Shown: positions 40,532 through 54,647, counted from the stretch's first letter. The stretch is 64,000 bases of DNA from Eledone cirrhosa (GCA_964016885.1 OZ024742.1:201128001-201192000), one strand, 5' to 3'. The notes: a model not told the origin generated them from the letters alone. Program-made: numbers and translations.

Positions 40532-41830
40532 AGAAGTAATTAAAAAATGGTTAAAAAAGTTCCATGTATTTTATTATACGCATTTCAAAAACAAATATCA
40601 TCCAGGGACGATATTTGCGTTCTCATCAGATAATATAGGGAGACATGATATGAAGCTTAAAAAAGACACTTATGAGCAAGGTAGTGTCTAAACAACATAT
40701 GATAAATAAATTTAAAAGGACATAGGAGATTGGAAAAAGGAAAGAAAGGGTAGAAGGGTAAGGAAGATGAAGAAAGGAAAAAGAAAAAAGAAGGAGGAAG
40801 ATTATAAGAAGGAGAGAGAAAGAGAGGGGAGAGAAAAGAGAGAGAGATAAACATTTAAACTGAGAAACGCTATCTCACATAGAGAGATGACGGTTGTAAA
40901 ATTTATAAATAAATTAAATAAATTAATAAGATCTTAAATTTAAAAGTTAATGAGGTTTATGGATGATGATGCTTATGATTACAGATATAGAAATAAAAAT
41001 ATACTATTTATTTAGGTTTTAAATAGTGAAAGATTTATTAAGAAGTGCAAAAATGTATTAAAAAAGTATTATTAAGATAATATAAACTGAAATAAGATAA
41101 GGTGAATGAAAATAAAGTTAGATGATTTAGAAGACGATATAGGGTCCTAGTTTGTTTCAATAGATTGTAATATAAAAAGTAATTATTTAAGTTTATACAA
41201 GCATGGAAAGAGAGAAAAACGAAAAAGTACGAGGAAGGAAAAAACTTTACGTCAAAAATTTGTTTACAAAATTCACCTAATGCTAATGTTAATAGATTTG
41301 AAGTAAAAAATTGGGAGATAAAGCTACTAAAAAGGAATGTTGAGAAAAACTGATATAAAGATGAACTATTTAAAAGAAAAAAAATGTTGTATCGCCAAGA
41401 AGAAATGTGCTATAATGAATTAGAAGGTTAAAAAATTACAAAAAAATATTAAAAGAAATTAAAAAATTATACAATTAGTGGACCAAAAATGTTATAGTAT
41501 GAATGAACTTTTGTAGAATGCACTGAAATATGGTAGAAAAAGGGGTATATATGTAAAAGAAATATATTTGTGTGAGAAAAAGATTTGAATCCTAATTATA
41601 GAGTAAATTAGCTATATACCCGTGAAAAGACCTAAGCGATTTATGGATACAAAGCGAAAATAAATCTGTGCGTCTATTTATTATAGAATTAAAAGTAGAG
41701 ATAATGGTACATTTTTCCGCTAGGCATAAATTACAAGTTCTGTATAGGTAAGCATTAAAATAGGGAGAAGCGGTGCACATTTTTCTCCAAGAAATTTTGT
41801 AATTAATGTTTTTGTCTTTTAAGGACTAGA
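40520..41830 (-). mobile_element. Penelope-like element 3' remnant
   Basis: GIY-YIG C-terminal motif KISWRK..CNLCLAEK..INRRTDLFSLCIH, followed by a long 3' UTR and a hammerhead. Confidence 0.75.
40567..40637 (-). ncRNA. Type I hammerhead ribozyme at the 3' end of a Penelope-like remnant
   Basis: TATATTAT-CTGATGA-gaacGCAAATATCGTC cctg GATGATATTTGTtttt-GAAA-TGCGTA-TA-ATAAAATA. Confidence 0.85.
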
Positions 41831-41869
41831 TGAGTTCTGAGTGAGTAGTGTTTGTTCTTTTAAGTGGGT

Positions 41870-43030
41870 ATTTAAAAGATGAAGAATGGTTATATAATGG
41901 AATAGATTAGATAGGGCTAGACATAAGATAGGGAAAGCCACCTCATGGTACGACAACCAGAGATACCAGAGCGTCATGTTTGTGGAGGCTACCCCTGGAG
42001 GGAAATTAGCTAACCAGTGTAGAAAGGCCCTGAGAAAGATCCACTTAAAGATTAAGGTGGTAGAAAAGCCAGGAACCACCATAAAATCCCTGATCAGCAA
42101 AACCTACCCTTTTAAGAAAACCCACTGTACTAATAGGAAATGTATCATATGTAAGGTAAACCCCCGGATAAACTGTAAAACTAGAAACGTAGTCTATAGC
42201 ATAATATGTACAGAGGGTACTTGCAGAAACATGACAACAACATACATAGGCGAGACAGCTCGTAGCATAGGTGAAAGGATAGATCAACACTGGGGGAACT
42301 AAGGACGAAAAAACGGTTCAGTACTATACGAACATGCCAGACAACAACACGACGGTAACATAGACAACATAGAAATTAGAATAATATCTAAACATAGAAA
42401 TGACCCAGCAGATAGGCAAATCGGATAGGCCAGTGGAATAGAACTTAGAAGGCCAAGGCTAAACAGAAAGAATGAATGAAATAACAACAACACCCAAACA
42501 AACAACACTGACCTAAGAGAAGTATAAATAAATAAATAGATAAATAAATAAATAAATACATACACAAGCACAATAACAACAAACACATATAAACACACAC
42601 TAGTAAAGATAGAGTACATTAACCAATACACAGTCACCCAATCACGAACACATCAAACAAAACACTATACACACACGCAAACGCATGCGCAAAGAAGACA
42701 AAATAAAATAAACAAATAAATAAATATATAAACAGACTAAATAAAGATGGCGTAGAAAATACAATGCAACGGGAGGAAACAATAGCACCACTGACGATGT
42801 TGCAGATGTGCAACGAAAGAACTTTGTTAAACAATATATATGTGTTTGTGTCTATATTGTATCTGTATTATTTTTGACCGTCGGTCAGTCAATGGCAACA
42901 TTGAGGACCGAATAAATTAGATTACCGATATAAAAGACACAGAAGCGAAAAGCGAAATCCAGCCAAACAGTGAGTGTGTTCTGTTATTAATTCTGGCAAT
43001 ATTACACAAATATGACCCTCCTCAAGTATA
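41870..43030 (+). mobile_element. Penelope-like element 3' remnant (Cys-rich linker + GIY-YIG endonuclease)
   Basis: C..KCIIC..NCKTRNVVYSIIC..YIGETARSIGER..QH, then a hammerhead-like motif and (TA)n. Confidence 0.88.
42787..42828 (+). ncRNA. Hammerhead-like motif with weak stem I
   Basis: ACCA-CTGACGA-tGTTGCA gatg TGCAAC-GAAA-GAAC-TT-TGTT. Confidence 0.6.
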
Positions 43031-43040
43031 ACTATATATA

Positions 43041-43104
<64 letters not shown>

Positions 43105-44303
43105 GTGTATGGGTGTGAGTCTTTGTGTGTGTAGTTATGTATATATACTGGAGGATACACGCTCTCTCTCTCTATATATATATATTAATACATGAAACAA
43201 AATATGTATTTGTACTGGTCTGAGGCCGAATATTTCACGTACTTATTCCGATTTTCATATCTGGTAAACGTTTCACTATTTATAGTTCTCGTCTTAAGAC
43301 GAAACAAAATTACAAGTGATTAAAAACCTGAAATACTCTATATGTTACACTTACACTTGAAAGTAGGATGAAAGGCAAATTTGATCTCGACCAGATTTTA
43401 ACTCATATTTTAACTCGGAGAGCAATGTGGTGGAAAATAATGCAAAAAACTGTACCGGCTGTCCAAATTGCAACTACGAGGGTCGGCTGAAAATTCCTAG
43501 GCTGACTAAAAAGGATTGATGCTAGAGCTGTGACATCTCGCATGAATTAACTTCAGCTCTTCTTAATAATAACTGCATTGTTTGTTTCCAGGGACTATGT
43601 TGAAAAATTAACCACATTTGGTAATTCCATGAGAGTATTTTAGCCGCCCATTGTATGATAAAAATAGGGCAATATAAATATTAATATGTATATATTGAGA
43701 AGATCTTTGCGTCCCTGAACTCCTAATGGAGACGTAAGGGCGCCGTTTGTCACATGGCACGTGTTGGACATTTAAAACTAGCGGGGCCCATCTCGCCACA
43801 GGTCTGAACACAGCCAATTTCTTCCATAGAAAAAGGAAAAAGAGGCAATGAAAAAGAAGGATAAAGGAAGAATTGGACCAAGTACTGCAAGGTACTTCAT
43901 TTATCAACCACAAAAGGATAAAAGGTACAGTTGATCTCAGTGGCTCAATAAATTTGCTCTAGAAGTCACGCAAATATTTTTTTCAATAGAGATCTTCAAA
44001 CCAAATCCTGGAGAATAATTGCAATTCCTATTACATTGCATATCTATGATTGTAGATGGAGATGACAGAATCACCTGCAAGGAATGAAACTACATAATTC
44101 AGATTCAGTGCGAGTGCTTTAACCAATACGTTAAAGCGCCGATCACCAGCTACTCATGTTGCTATAAGTGTGAACAAAGCGGCTAACTTAAGTGGCAATA
44201 AGATAATTTGAAGTTTTAAACACACAGACACTTATATATACATATATATATGTGTGTGTGTATGTGTGTGTATTAATGCATGTACATATGTATGCATGTA
44301 TGT

Positions 44304-44346
<43 letters not shown>

Positions 44347-44562
44347 CATCATCATCATCACCTTTTTACGTCCGTTCATCCACGCTAGCATGGGTTAGAC
44401 GGGTTGTCCTGTCGGCTGACCATGTCTTGTTCATACGGGAACTGATTCTGGCTTGATTTCTACAGCTGGATGCACTTCCTAACACCAACTTCATTTGCAG
44501 TGAGTGGTTGGTGCTTTTTTTCCCGTTGCGCCTATATATATATATATACATACAGAGAGAGA

Positions 44563-44667
<105 letters not shown>

Positions 44668-44989
44668 GGTGGAATTAGAAATAGCACGGAAAATATATTT
44701 AAGGATTTGTTTTTCTTTCGTTCTCTTTTTCTTCTTTGATTCGTCAAAGTGACATTATTGAAAAAATGCGAGGAACAATTCTTTTTTTAAAAAAGGGGTC
44801 TTATAATAGATATAAAATATATAGAAAATAAATGGAAAAAATGAAATTTCATTTCTCACTCTTAGTACGGTTGATACTTAAATATAAGTATGTATACGTA
44901 CATATATATATGTATACAGACGTACAGTAGTATGTATATACATACATACATGCACACATATATATATATACGTATGGGTTTACCGAACA

Positions 44990-46588
44990 TCTATATATAT
45001 AAAACTGATGTTGTCTGTGTGTCCTCATTTTTGCAAAGTCTATACAAATCCACATTTCTACTCCGATTGACTTCAAACTTGCATTTATATATTCCTTGCG
45101 GTCTAAAGATATTAACTGCAGCTTTTATTTTTCAATTTTCTGTTGTTAAAGGGGTGTTAGGCGCCGGTTATCCATCTCCGTCGCGCTCTTATAATATCTG
45201 TCTGTATGCCTGACTGTCTGCATTACGACATTCTGAGGAACATTGATGACGTATTATGTTCGCTGTTATCCGTTCATTGCCAGGGAACATCTTCACGAAC
45301 CAAAGTATCTTCTTCCTGTTTTCCTTCGGTTGCAACGTTTTTCGAAATATTTACTTCTGCCTTCACAGATTGATGTTTTTAGTTTCAGAAGATCCCGTTA
45401 AGGGTGAAAGCAACGATTCTTTGCTTAAACTTGTAATCTGTTATTTTAATCTACATATGTATATATATAAAACTGAGGAAGGGTGTATGTATGTATGTAT
45501 GTATGTATGTATGTATGTATGTATGTATGTATGTATGTATGTATGTTATCTCTTTCTCTTAATTTCGAGTATATTTTTTTTGACCGGCCACCTTCCTGGT
45601 GGCAAGGTTGTAAAAGAAAAGAAATTGTCATCCCTTGAATCACAAGAATGTTTTGTAAATTTTGAAGGTACCAGCTATCGCAACCATTTGCAGACTATGA
45701 ATTAGGAAGTTGCGCTCTTTGTCCGCAAATCCAAGTTCAGTCATACTTTGGTCCAAGCGGGTTGGTATATAACCCGTAGCTCCAATAATGATGGGTATGA
45801 AGCTAAAGGTGTATCTTGGATACTGGATTTGTAAACTCCTCATCAATGGTCCGTAGATGTCCTCCTTCTCCTGTATTTTTCAGACAACGTTTACATCAAG
45901 TGGGCAGCTGATCTCCACAACAGAACACGTTTTCAATGTGTGGTCACAAACATGTATGTATGTATGTATGTATGTATGTATGTATGTATGTATGTATGTA
46001 TGTATGTATGTATGTATGTATGTATGTATGTATGTGTGTATATGTGTATGTGTGTATGTGTGTGTGTGTGTGTGAAACCCGAGAGGTACCCAACCGATCT
46101 TTTTCAAACTTTACATGTGTATTTCTTATATTTCAGGGAGTGTTATGCACATAAAAAATTCAAATTTTTGATCCGCTAGGGCCCGCATTAGGTGAAAAAC
46201 TGCGTTTTTTTCAGCTTTTTAGATGTTTTTTTTTGAGGCGTTACGTTAGACCGATTTCCTTGAAATTGTAACTATGTATTAGCCAGTCCCTTCTTCATAC
46301 CGTGAGCAAAGAAAATCCAACTTTTTTTATGGCCTAGGGCCCGCATTAGGTGAAGGTGAAAAAACTTCATTTTTTTCAGCTTTTTAGGGCTCTTTTGAGG
46401 CGTTACGTCTAGCCCTTTTCCCGAAATTTCAAGGCATATGAGGAAAATCTTAGATTATCCAGCCATCAGAGTATTCGGTTTATTTTCTTTACATATTGTC
46501 CAGACATGCAGTTTTTCCACGATTAGGTCTGTTGGTGGCCCGTGTTCCAAAATACCTTATCCTGTGCAACGCCGGGTACCACTGCTAG
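44990..46588 (+). mobile_element. Nested non-autonomous Helitron-like insertion
   Basis: A|TC start and cctgtgcaacgccggg hairpin plus CTAG|T end. It splits a hammerhead element; a second TC-start is at ~45450. Confidence 0.75.
45545..45950 (-). mobile_element. RLE-type LINE 3' fragment in (CATA)n
   Basis: CSVVEISCPLDVNV...IPIIIGATG, with (TATG)n on both sides. Confidence 0.75.
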
Positions 46589-46689
46589 TTTATTATAATG
46601 TTCGGTTTGTTTGTAAAGAAACAGCCCGAATTAAGCCGTACAGTGTTCGGCAACCATCGTTGCCCTTTTGTTCAACACTGACAAAGGAA

Positions 46690-46731
46690 CGATGAACTAG
46701 TTTCAAGCTTATTAGCTGACATCAGCAATCG
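46690..46731 (-). ncRNA. Decayed paralog of hammerhead 25754-25796
   Basis: CGATTG-CTGATGT-cAGC taataa GCTt-GAAA-CTAG-TT-CATCG (A9U change). Confidence 0.65.
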
Positions 46732-48057
46732 ATTGAACGTTTGAAGGTATATACTTTCCTTATGCATATTAACGGCTGAGCAGCCTAATTTGCATATCGA
46801 GTGAGTTAGTCGGCCGGGCGTACCGAAAACGATGAATGGAAAAAATGAAATTTCATTTCTCACTCTTAGTACGACTGATATATAAAATATATTTCCAATT
46901 CCCCCATTTCTCTATAACCCTGTTTTGTATAGAACCTTTCTCCCTTTTCAAATATACATATATATATATATATATATGTGTGCGTGTGTGTGTGTGTGTG
47001 TGTGCATGTGCGTGTGTATGTGTGTATGTGTTTGTGTGTTTGTATCGAAGCGGCATCCGTCGATCTCGAAATACCATGGATCAATGCCTACAGAACTTTT
47101 ATTTCAGCTTCTGATGGTGGTGCAGGCCCATACGGGAGTGGCAGCCTTGTATGCTGCGACTGCATTTAAAGATGCTCTAACCTGGTGCTACTGTGTTGGC
47201 CTTCCCTCGAGAGAAATATTCTTCACATATTTACTATTGGCCTGACAATGCTAATATTAATTTGGACCTGTAATTGAACAAGACTGAATCTACTTAAAAC
47301 CTAATCTTATTCTATACATACACACAGATATGATTCGCCAATCCGTCCCGGATATTCGATTTCTAATTTCGATTTCCAAAAAATAAAATGTTATTTTGTT
47401 TATATATGTGTGTACCTATAAATACAAGCATAAAAACATACATAAATTCATATATATATATATATATATATATATACATGCATGCATAAACACACACACA
47501 CATACAGACACACACACATATATATATATACATGATTCTTTATTATGTTTTGTGTGACAATTTCTTTATAACAAAAATTGTTTAGTAGATACGTGCTGAT
47601 GTCGCATGAGAAATGATTTTTCGTAATGAGGATTCTCTACGTCCCCCACACTAACTAGCAGATACACACACACACATATATACGTACTCGCACGCACACA
47701 CACACATATATACGTACTCGCACGCACACACACACGCATATGTATATATATATACATATAATTATGGGTGTGTGTATGTGTATTTACACGTATTAATATT
47801 TATGTGGTTTTATACACAGGAGTGTTTGTCTATGACTGTGAAATTGCCAGTCAGTAATTTCTTGTGTCGATTAACATATCTATAAACCTTTCCCCAATAA
47901 CTCAGGCACATCTTTTCATTCATTCTCTTTCGTTATTTCTCTCTTTCAAACTTCAATCTCCGTGACTCTCTTTTTCTCTTCAAACACACTAACCCATGCA
48001 CGTCCCTGTATGTATTTGTATGTATATCTATATATCTAATTATACATATGTATGTAT

Positions 48058-48400
48058 GTTAGGTCGGTCTTGAGTGATATTGGTAACATGTAACCCAGTA
48101 CCACCTGTCTCATGGTCGTGTCGTCAGCGATTAAACTGACAACTCTGCCAAGCTTGCTTGGTGAGGAGGGTGATGTTTGGACACCTTGCTGGATGAAATA
48201 CAAGACCCGACGAAGGGCGGAGTAACACAGCAAAGTCAACGGCCATCCAAATAGCACATTTTCTTTTCACCTGGGAGTGAAAGGACCGCAGTTGTTGTCA
48301 CAAAATCTTTCTAAGAGAAGGAAACTCTGAAAATAAAAATTGCGGCTTCGGAAGCATCCGATGATGTTGACCAGTTCTCCTTTTCGGGTAGTGTTTTTGA
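48058..48400 (+). mobile_element. Probable RTE-type LINE 5' leader fragment
   Basis: Homologous to 59140-59335 (-). Contains a ctaagagaaggaaactctg motif that I recall from RTE 5' regions. Confidence 0.4.
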
Positions 48401-49039
48401 TGCTCAGAGAGTGGGATTGGTCGAGTGCAAGGACTTTCCCCACTTAAAAAACCTTCAAAGCACAGCATTGCTTGTTCAAGATATGTTACAGGTTTGTGTG
48501 GCTGGCTGTAGCCTAAAAGTGCTCCAAACTCTGTAATCTGACAAGTGATTGCAATACTCTTGATGTTGGCCAGTTCTTCTTTTTGGATACTTGTCAATGT
48601 TGTTAAGAGAGTGGGATTATACCACTGCAAGACCTTTCTTCTGTTAACAAAGCTTGAAGTACAGGATATGTTACAGGTTCGAGTAGCTGGCCATAGCCTA
48701 AAAGTGCAGCAAACTCTATAATCTGACAAGCGATTGCAATAATCCTAGCAGAGCTTTCAGGCATCATATTTATATATATGGATATATGTCTATCAGTCTC
48801 TCTCTCTCACTCACTCTATCTATCTATCTATCTATCTTGATAGAGTAAGACACGCTTCACATCGGCTCCGCTATTCCATCGGGATTTACCCTTACTATTG
48901 TAAGTACCGGATCAATTTTCCAGTGCAACACATTTGGAACACTAACCCCTGTTATTTAGGGAAACATTTTTGCATTTACCCCCTTTTTAGGGGGTAAAAT
49001 AAATATCTATTTTTGCCGAAAAATTTCTTTCTTGGCAGC

Positions 49040-50877
49040 ATGGCGGAAAAGATGGCAGACATGTCTGCCATTAGCTCTGCCACGCCCCCCAAGTCTGAAG
49101 AACAAAAAATAATTACAAAATTAGACAATGAAACAAACAAAGAAAATGAAAAAACAAATGTTAAGGAAAATGAGCAAACGGAAAACAAACAAACAGAAAA
49201 TAATACAAATAACAACAGGGCAACTTTCGCCCAGAAAACAAAACAATCCATTACATACACACCAATTGACCTAACTGCCGCCAGAGAAAAACTGGCCGAA
49301 GCAAAGAAACACATTGTTTTGGGGGAGAACGGAATGTTTTCCATTAACTCCCCCCCAGAATTCAAGAAAGAAAGAACAGAGAACACAGTTCTCTTCAGAA
49401 CTATACTGAACCAGACAAGAAAGCCAGCACAGCCCAGCCAAATTGAAATAGAGTTAGTCCTAAAAGACTATATGAAGAATATTCTCTTCATACGAAAGGA
49501 CCGACTCTATGGCAGCATTTCGGTCCTAACAAGAGACAAGGAAACGGCGGAGAAGCTTTCCCTAAGCCCACTCTCATCGACAACATACAGCTTCTATCCC
49601 TCCTACATGGGTAGAAGAACACAGAGAGTAAAAGTAAAAACAATGCTGCCCACAATGGACTTCTGGTGGGCTATTGCTGGCTTCATAGACATGGGCGAAG
49701 ACACAATGCTGTCAATGGGGAAGGCAACTGGAGATCCGTTCCTGGGAATGGGCCTCGACATACTAGTCCAAATGAGGCCCGAAAGAATAGCACAAATCCC
49801 GGATCGCATCTGGCTGGATGACCTTACCCCAATAGACATAATTGTAGAGGGGAGAAGACCAGCATGCTATTTATGCATGGAAAGGGGACACGTTAAGGCT
49901 AACTGCCCGAAACGTATCCCCCAAAAAGGACTATTGCCCACACCCACCACAAACAGTACACCAACACCACCCACCTCCAAAAATACACTAATACCACACA
50001 CAGCAAACAAAATACAGACACCACCAACCACAAACACAACACAAACATCACCACCACCAGCACCAAACACAAGCACGACACAAAAATCACCACCACCAAC
50101 CACAACACAAACATCACCACCACCATCACCAACCACAAGCACGACACAAACATTACCACCACCACAACAAAACCCATTCCAAACAAATAATTAAAAAAAC
50201 AGTAACAAATCTACCCCTCCCGCAAAAAAAAAACAACCACACAACACGTCCCTCCCACCTAGCGCTGAAGAGTTTCCCCCAACTTCTGAAGAAGAAGGAG
50301 GAGAAGCCTTCAGACAAGTTAAAAGAAAAAAAAGAAAACACACACCCAGCACACCACAAATAACCCACACACAAACACCAACTCCAATCAAAAACACCCC
50401 ACCCTCAACAAACAAAAATAAATCTGCGCCTCCCCTCTCCGAAACATTGACAGCATTACAAAAAAAGACGTTGCAATACACATATATAAATAAAGAAAAC
50501 AAAAAACTGGTTAAATTAATAACAATAACCCTATGGTGCAGACCGAAGGGCCAAACTTTATCTCAACAGAGAACTTCACCCATTTAAAAATGATAAAGGT
50601 CCCTCTGGACCTTTATCGTTCCTTAAAAGAACAATTTAGACGGGACGTGAGCCCCCCCCCCCCCCCCTGTTTAAAACCGTTGAATCGCGTCCTCTTGAAA
50701 GATTTCCCCATAACCGCCCCTCTCCCTGACACAACTCCAAATACCCCAACCCCACCACACACGTGTACCCCCACACCACCACAAAACATCCCTCCACCCA
50801 ACACACCTGATGCCATGGAAATTACGCAACCCGGAGAGGTAAGTGCTTTTCTTTCTTCACTTTCAACACCAAAATAG
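49040..50877 (+). pseudogene. LINE ORF1 (gag-like zinc knuckle), frameshifted
   Basis: CYLCMERGHVKANC fits CX2CX4HX4C. The Pro/Thr-rich tail has frame breaks near homopolymer runs. Confidence 0.8.
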
Positions 50878-50882
50878 ATCAA

Positions 50883-53800
50883 TTGAGAGTTGGCTGTTTG
50901 AACGCGCGTGGCCTGGGCTCAGCTTGGAAGCAAGCAAAGCTTCTAAGTGACCTCAGGTCACAAAGTATAGATGTGATGGTTGTTTGCGAGAGTCGGATCA
51001 GCAGCGTGAGACAGCTGGCGCCCGCCTTCGATGACTTTGAGATGCACGCATCTCTCTGTCAACCCGGAGGCGGGGGGGGGGGGAGTTGCCGTACTGCTGG
51101 ATAAACGTCTGACTCTCGACGTACAGATTGTTCACTCGGACCCGGGGGGTCGATTACTGGTGCTGGACGTCGGAGGCGGTGAAGGCGGGGCTTTCAGACT
51201 GGTCGGTCTTTATGCTCCCTTCGGGGCGGAAAGAGCCGACTTCTTCCAGCGTCTGGAGACTTTTCTAGGAACGTCGCGTTCCCTGCTTTTAGTGGGGGAC
51301 TGGAATGGAATCCTAGATGCGCGTTGGGACTATGCAGGGGCATGTCCCGATAGAGGGGGGTGTAGCAGCCTCAAGGGATTACTCGATCGATTCGACCTGG
51401 TCGATAGATTTCGACTAGATTGTCCAACTGCGCCAACCTGGACCTGGGCAAACCGCAGTGGACAATCTAGATCGTACCTAGATAGGTTTTTGGTTAGGAG
51501 TAAGGATAGGGACGTATTTAGTTGTCCAGAACTGATCATGGTTGGCTATTCAGATCAATAAATTAGTGACCTGCGTGGTCAACCTTGATAGAACGCATAG
51601 ACAGGGTCCCGGTTACTGGAAGATGAACTTGTCCTTGCCGACAAAGAAAGATTACAGAAACCGGATTAGTAGCTTAGTTAAGATGCGGTTGACGGGAGCG
51701 ATCGTCAACAGTAGGTGGTGGGTATCTCTAAAGAGAGAGATTAGAGTAAGTTCGATAGGTTACAGTAAGGAACTAGCGGCAAATAGAAATAGGAAGGAAA
51801 GGGAGTTAACAGATAAACTAGAAGAGGCGATTAGGAGCGGAGACGTAGCCAGAGTGTTAGCGGCGAGAACGGCGTTGAGCCAGTTCTTTGACGCGAAGCA
51901 CGAAGGCTGCGTTGTCCGAAGTAAAATACGTGCTTTAGGAAACGAGGGGACCAAAGCTGTTAGCTGGGCCCGCGTGACAGAAGCCAAGAGTGGGATTAAA
52001 TCCACCATTCGGTCTTTGTGAGACCAGGATGGACGGGTGATCCTTGAACCTGAGCGGATGTGCGAGGCCTTTCAAAGGCACTTTGCTCGACTGTTCGGAG
52101 GGGGCGGGGGGCCGGATGGGGATGTGGACTTCGGTCCATACCTCGACGGTCTACCGCGTCTTTCGAGCGGCGAAGCGGAGTGCTGCGAAAGGCCAATCAC
52201 AGCCACTGAAATCGGGGAAGCGTTCAGCCAATGCAGCAGACGCAAATCTCCGGGTCTCGATGGTCTACCATACGAACTTTATTTAGCTATGCCGGTCTTG
52301 TTCTCCGAACTCCTCGAGGCCGTCTATTGCAACTGGCAACAGAACGGGAGAATTCCCTGCTCTGTGACCAAGGGCGTGGTCACGCTAGTGAGGAAGGACG
52401 AGAGCAAGGGGGACGACTTAAGTAACAAAATCTGTAACTCTGCTGAATGCAGAGTTACAGATTTTGGCCAAGGTGTTGGCGAAGAGGTTGGCGCTTGTGG
52501 TGGGTGGTTTGGTGGGAGACGCGCAGACATGCGCTATCCCGTCCAGGTCCATTCACGACAACCTCCACCTCATGCGATACATCATAGAGAGGGTTGGCAA
52601 CGAACCCGGCTTTGGTGGGGCCCTGATCAACTTGGATCAATCTAAGGCGTTCGATAGGTTCGACCATGGTTACCTGGATGCGGTGCTAGCGGCGGCGAGC
52701 TTCGGACCCGTTTTCAGGGGGTGGATTTCTGCCATGCACAGTGGCAACATCTACTCTAGGATTAAAGTAAACGGCTACCTCTCGGAGCCGTTTCAAATCA
52801 CCCGGTCCATCAGGCAGGGGTGCCCCCTCTCCTCCCTTCTGTACGTATTGACTCTCGAGCCACTGCTGCGGAAGTTGGAGTTGCTGCGGGGCATACCCCT
52901 GGAACCGGGATTGCACAAAGCGGTCTCGGCCTATGCCGACGACGTAACGGTAATGGTGGCGGACGCCTCGGAAATCGGGGCTATCGCCACCCTACTGGGG
53001 GAATACGAAAGGCTGACGGGGGCTAGGCTGAACCAGGACAAGTCAGTCGGTTTGCAACTCGGAACGTGGAGGGGCAAACCGATGCCGTTAGACGGTGTCG
53101 TCGGGCGGTGGACGGAGGGCCCGCTGAAGCTGCTCGGGGTCTGGTTCGGACCGGACCTCCAGGTGGAGAAGAATTGGGGCGAGGTGACGAGCAGGGTGTT
53201 TGCGCTGACCCAGAAGTGGGCCAAGTGCAAACTATCACTGAAAGGTCGGGCGGAGGTGACGAACGCTTACATAGCGTCCGTCATCTACTACCGCCTGACC
53301 GTCGTGCCTTGCCCCAAGGAAAAGCTCACCATCATGGAACGCATGCTCTTCCAGTTCCTCTGGAAGAAGCGGCCTCCCATGGTGAGGAGATCCATCTGCT
53401 GCCAGCACCCTTCGAAAGGAGGGCTGGGTATGCCGTGGCTGTTGATGCGTAGGCACGCATTGAGGCTACGGCATCTACAGGTATTCCTCAACGGTCAGCC
53501 GGTGTGGGCCCCGTTTGTGAGGCGAGCCTTCCCACAGCTCGTCTCGCTCACCGAACTGCAATCCTGGATGAAGCAAAGACCGAGAAAACTGGGCAACTGG
53601 CACACCGAGTGTGCCCAGGCGCTCACGGCTATCTGGCAAGCGGACCCGACTATCAGTGGAGAATCCACCTCGACATTCTATAGAGGGTTGGTGGCTAGCA
53701 AGGGCGACGACACCCTTGGAGAGTCGCTAGGCATGGAGGAGGACGAACTCGCCAGCCTGTTCGGTAGAACTTTCGGCCCGGGACCCATGGACAACTTCCA

Positions 53801-54314
53801 GAGGTCCCTAGCCTGGCAGTGTTACCGGGGGGCTCTGCCCGTTCGAGAAAAGCTCTACAGACACGGGCGCCCGGGCAGGGATCCCGCGAAAAAGATCTGT
53901 CCCAGATGCATGCGCGACGAGGAAACCGTTGCGCATGCACTGGTGCACTGCCCGGGCGTTGCCGATCTGTGGGGCTACGTCGAACGACTGCTGTCGCGTG
54001 TGGCGCCGATTCGATTAACCGCCGAGTCTGTGGTGAACATCAAACCGCCTCCTCCCTTCAGAAATGAAGCAGAGGCGGTCTTTCTGTGCGTAATAGCCAT
54101 GATGAAAGAGGTTGTGTGGTGGACGCGCCTGAAAGGTCTGAGGTCGGGTGACTTTCTCTCCGGCCATCACCTGGTTTACTTCTTCCGATACCACTTCGGA
54201 AGAAGGATCAGGATGGAGAGAGAAGTGCTTGGCCCCAGACAGTTTTATGAAAGGTGGGTGAAAGAAGCGAGAATGGCCCGTGTAAATGGGCCTTCTCTCT
54301 ACATTGTTCTGTAG
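50883..54314 (+). pseudogene. LINE ORF2 (APE + RT + C-terminal Cys-His finger), disrupted
   Basis: LNARGL, GDWN, SYLDRFL, GPGYWKMN, KSPGLDG, LDQSKAFD, RQGCPLS, YADD and CPRC..HALVHC, with several frameshifts or stops. Confidence 0.92.
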
Positions 54315-54545
54315 GTGAAGAAGTGAAGAGGAAAGGGAGAGCGCCTCCTCTCTGGGCTTCCCCCGCGAAAAGAGTTGCACACTTTTCGGGGGTATGTGCA
54401 ATCCCCAACACGCCCCCTCCCTTTTGAGGACTTTTTATTGTTATATTATTATTGTTATTCCTTTTTTCTTTACTCGATTTATGTAAACTCCCCCACTGTG
54501 TAAATGTCCCCTTCTTTTGTGCCCTCGTGGCAAATAAATAGAAAT

Positions 54546-54585
<40 letters not shown>

Positions 54586-54605
54586 ATTTCTATCTATATA
54601 TATAT

Positions 54606-54647
<42 letters not shown>

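Larger units (their letters stand above)
48837..54547 (+). mobile_element. Near full-length Tx1/L1-clade LINE inserted in (TATC)n
   Basis: Two-ORF layout with (TATC)n on both flanks and AATAAA near the 3' end. Confidence 0.93.
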
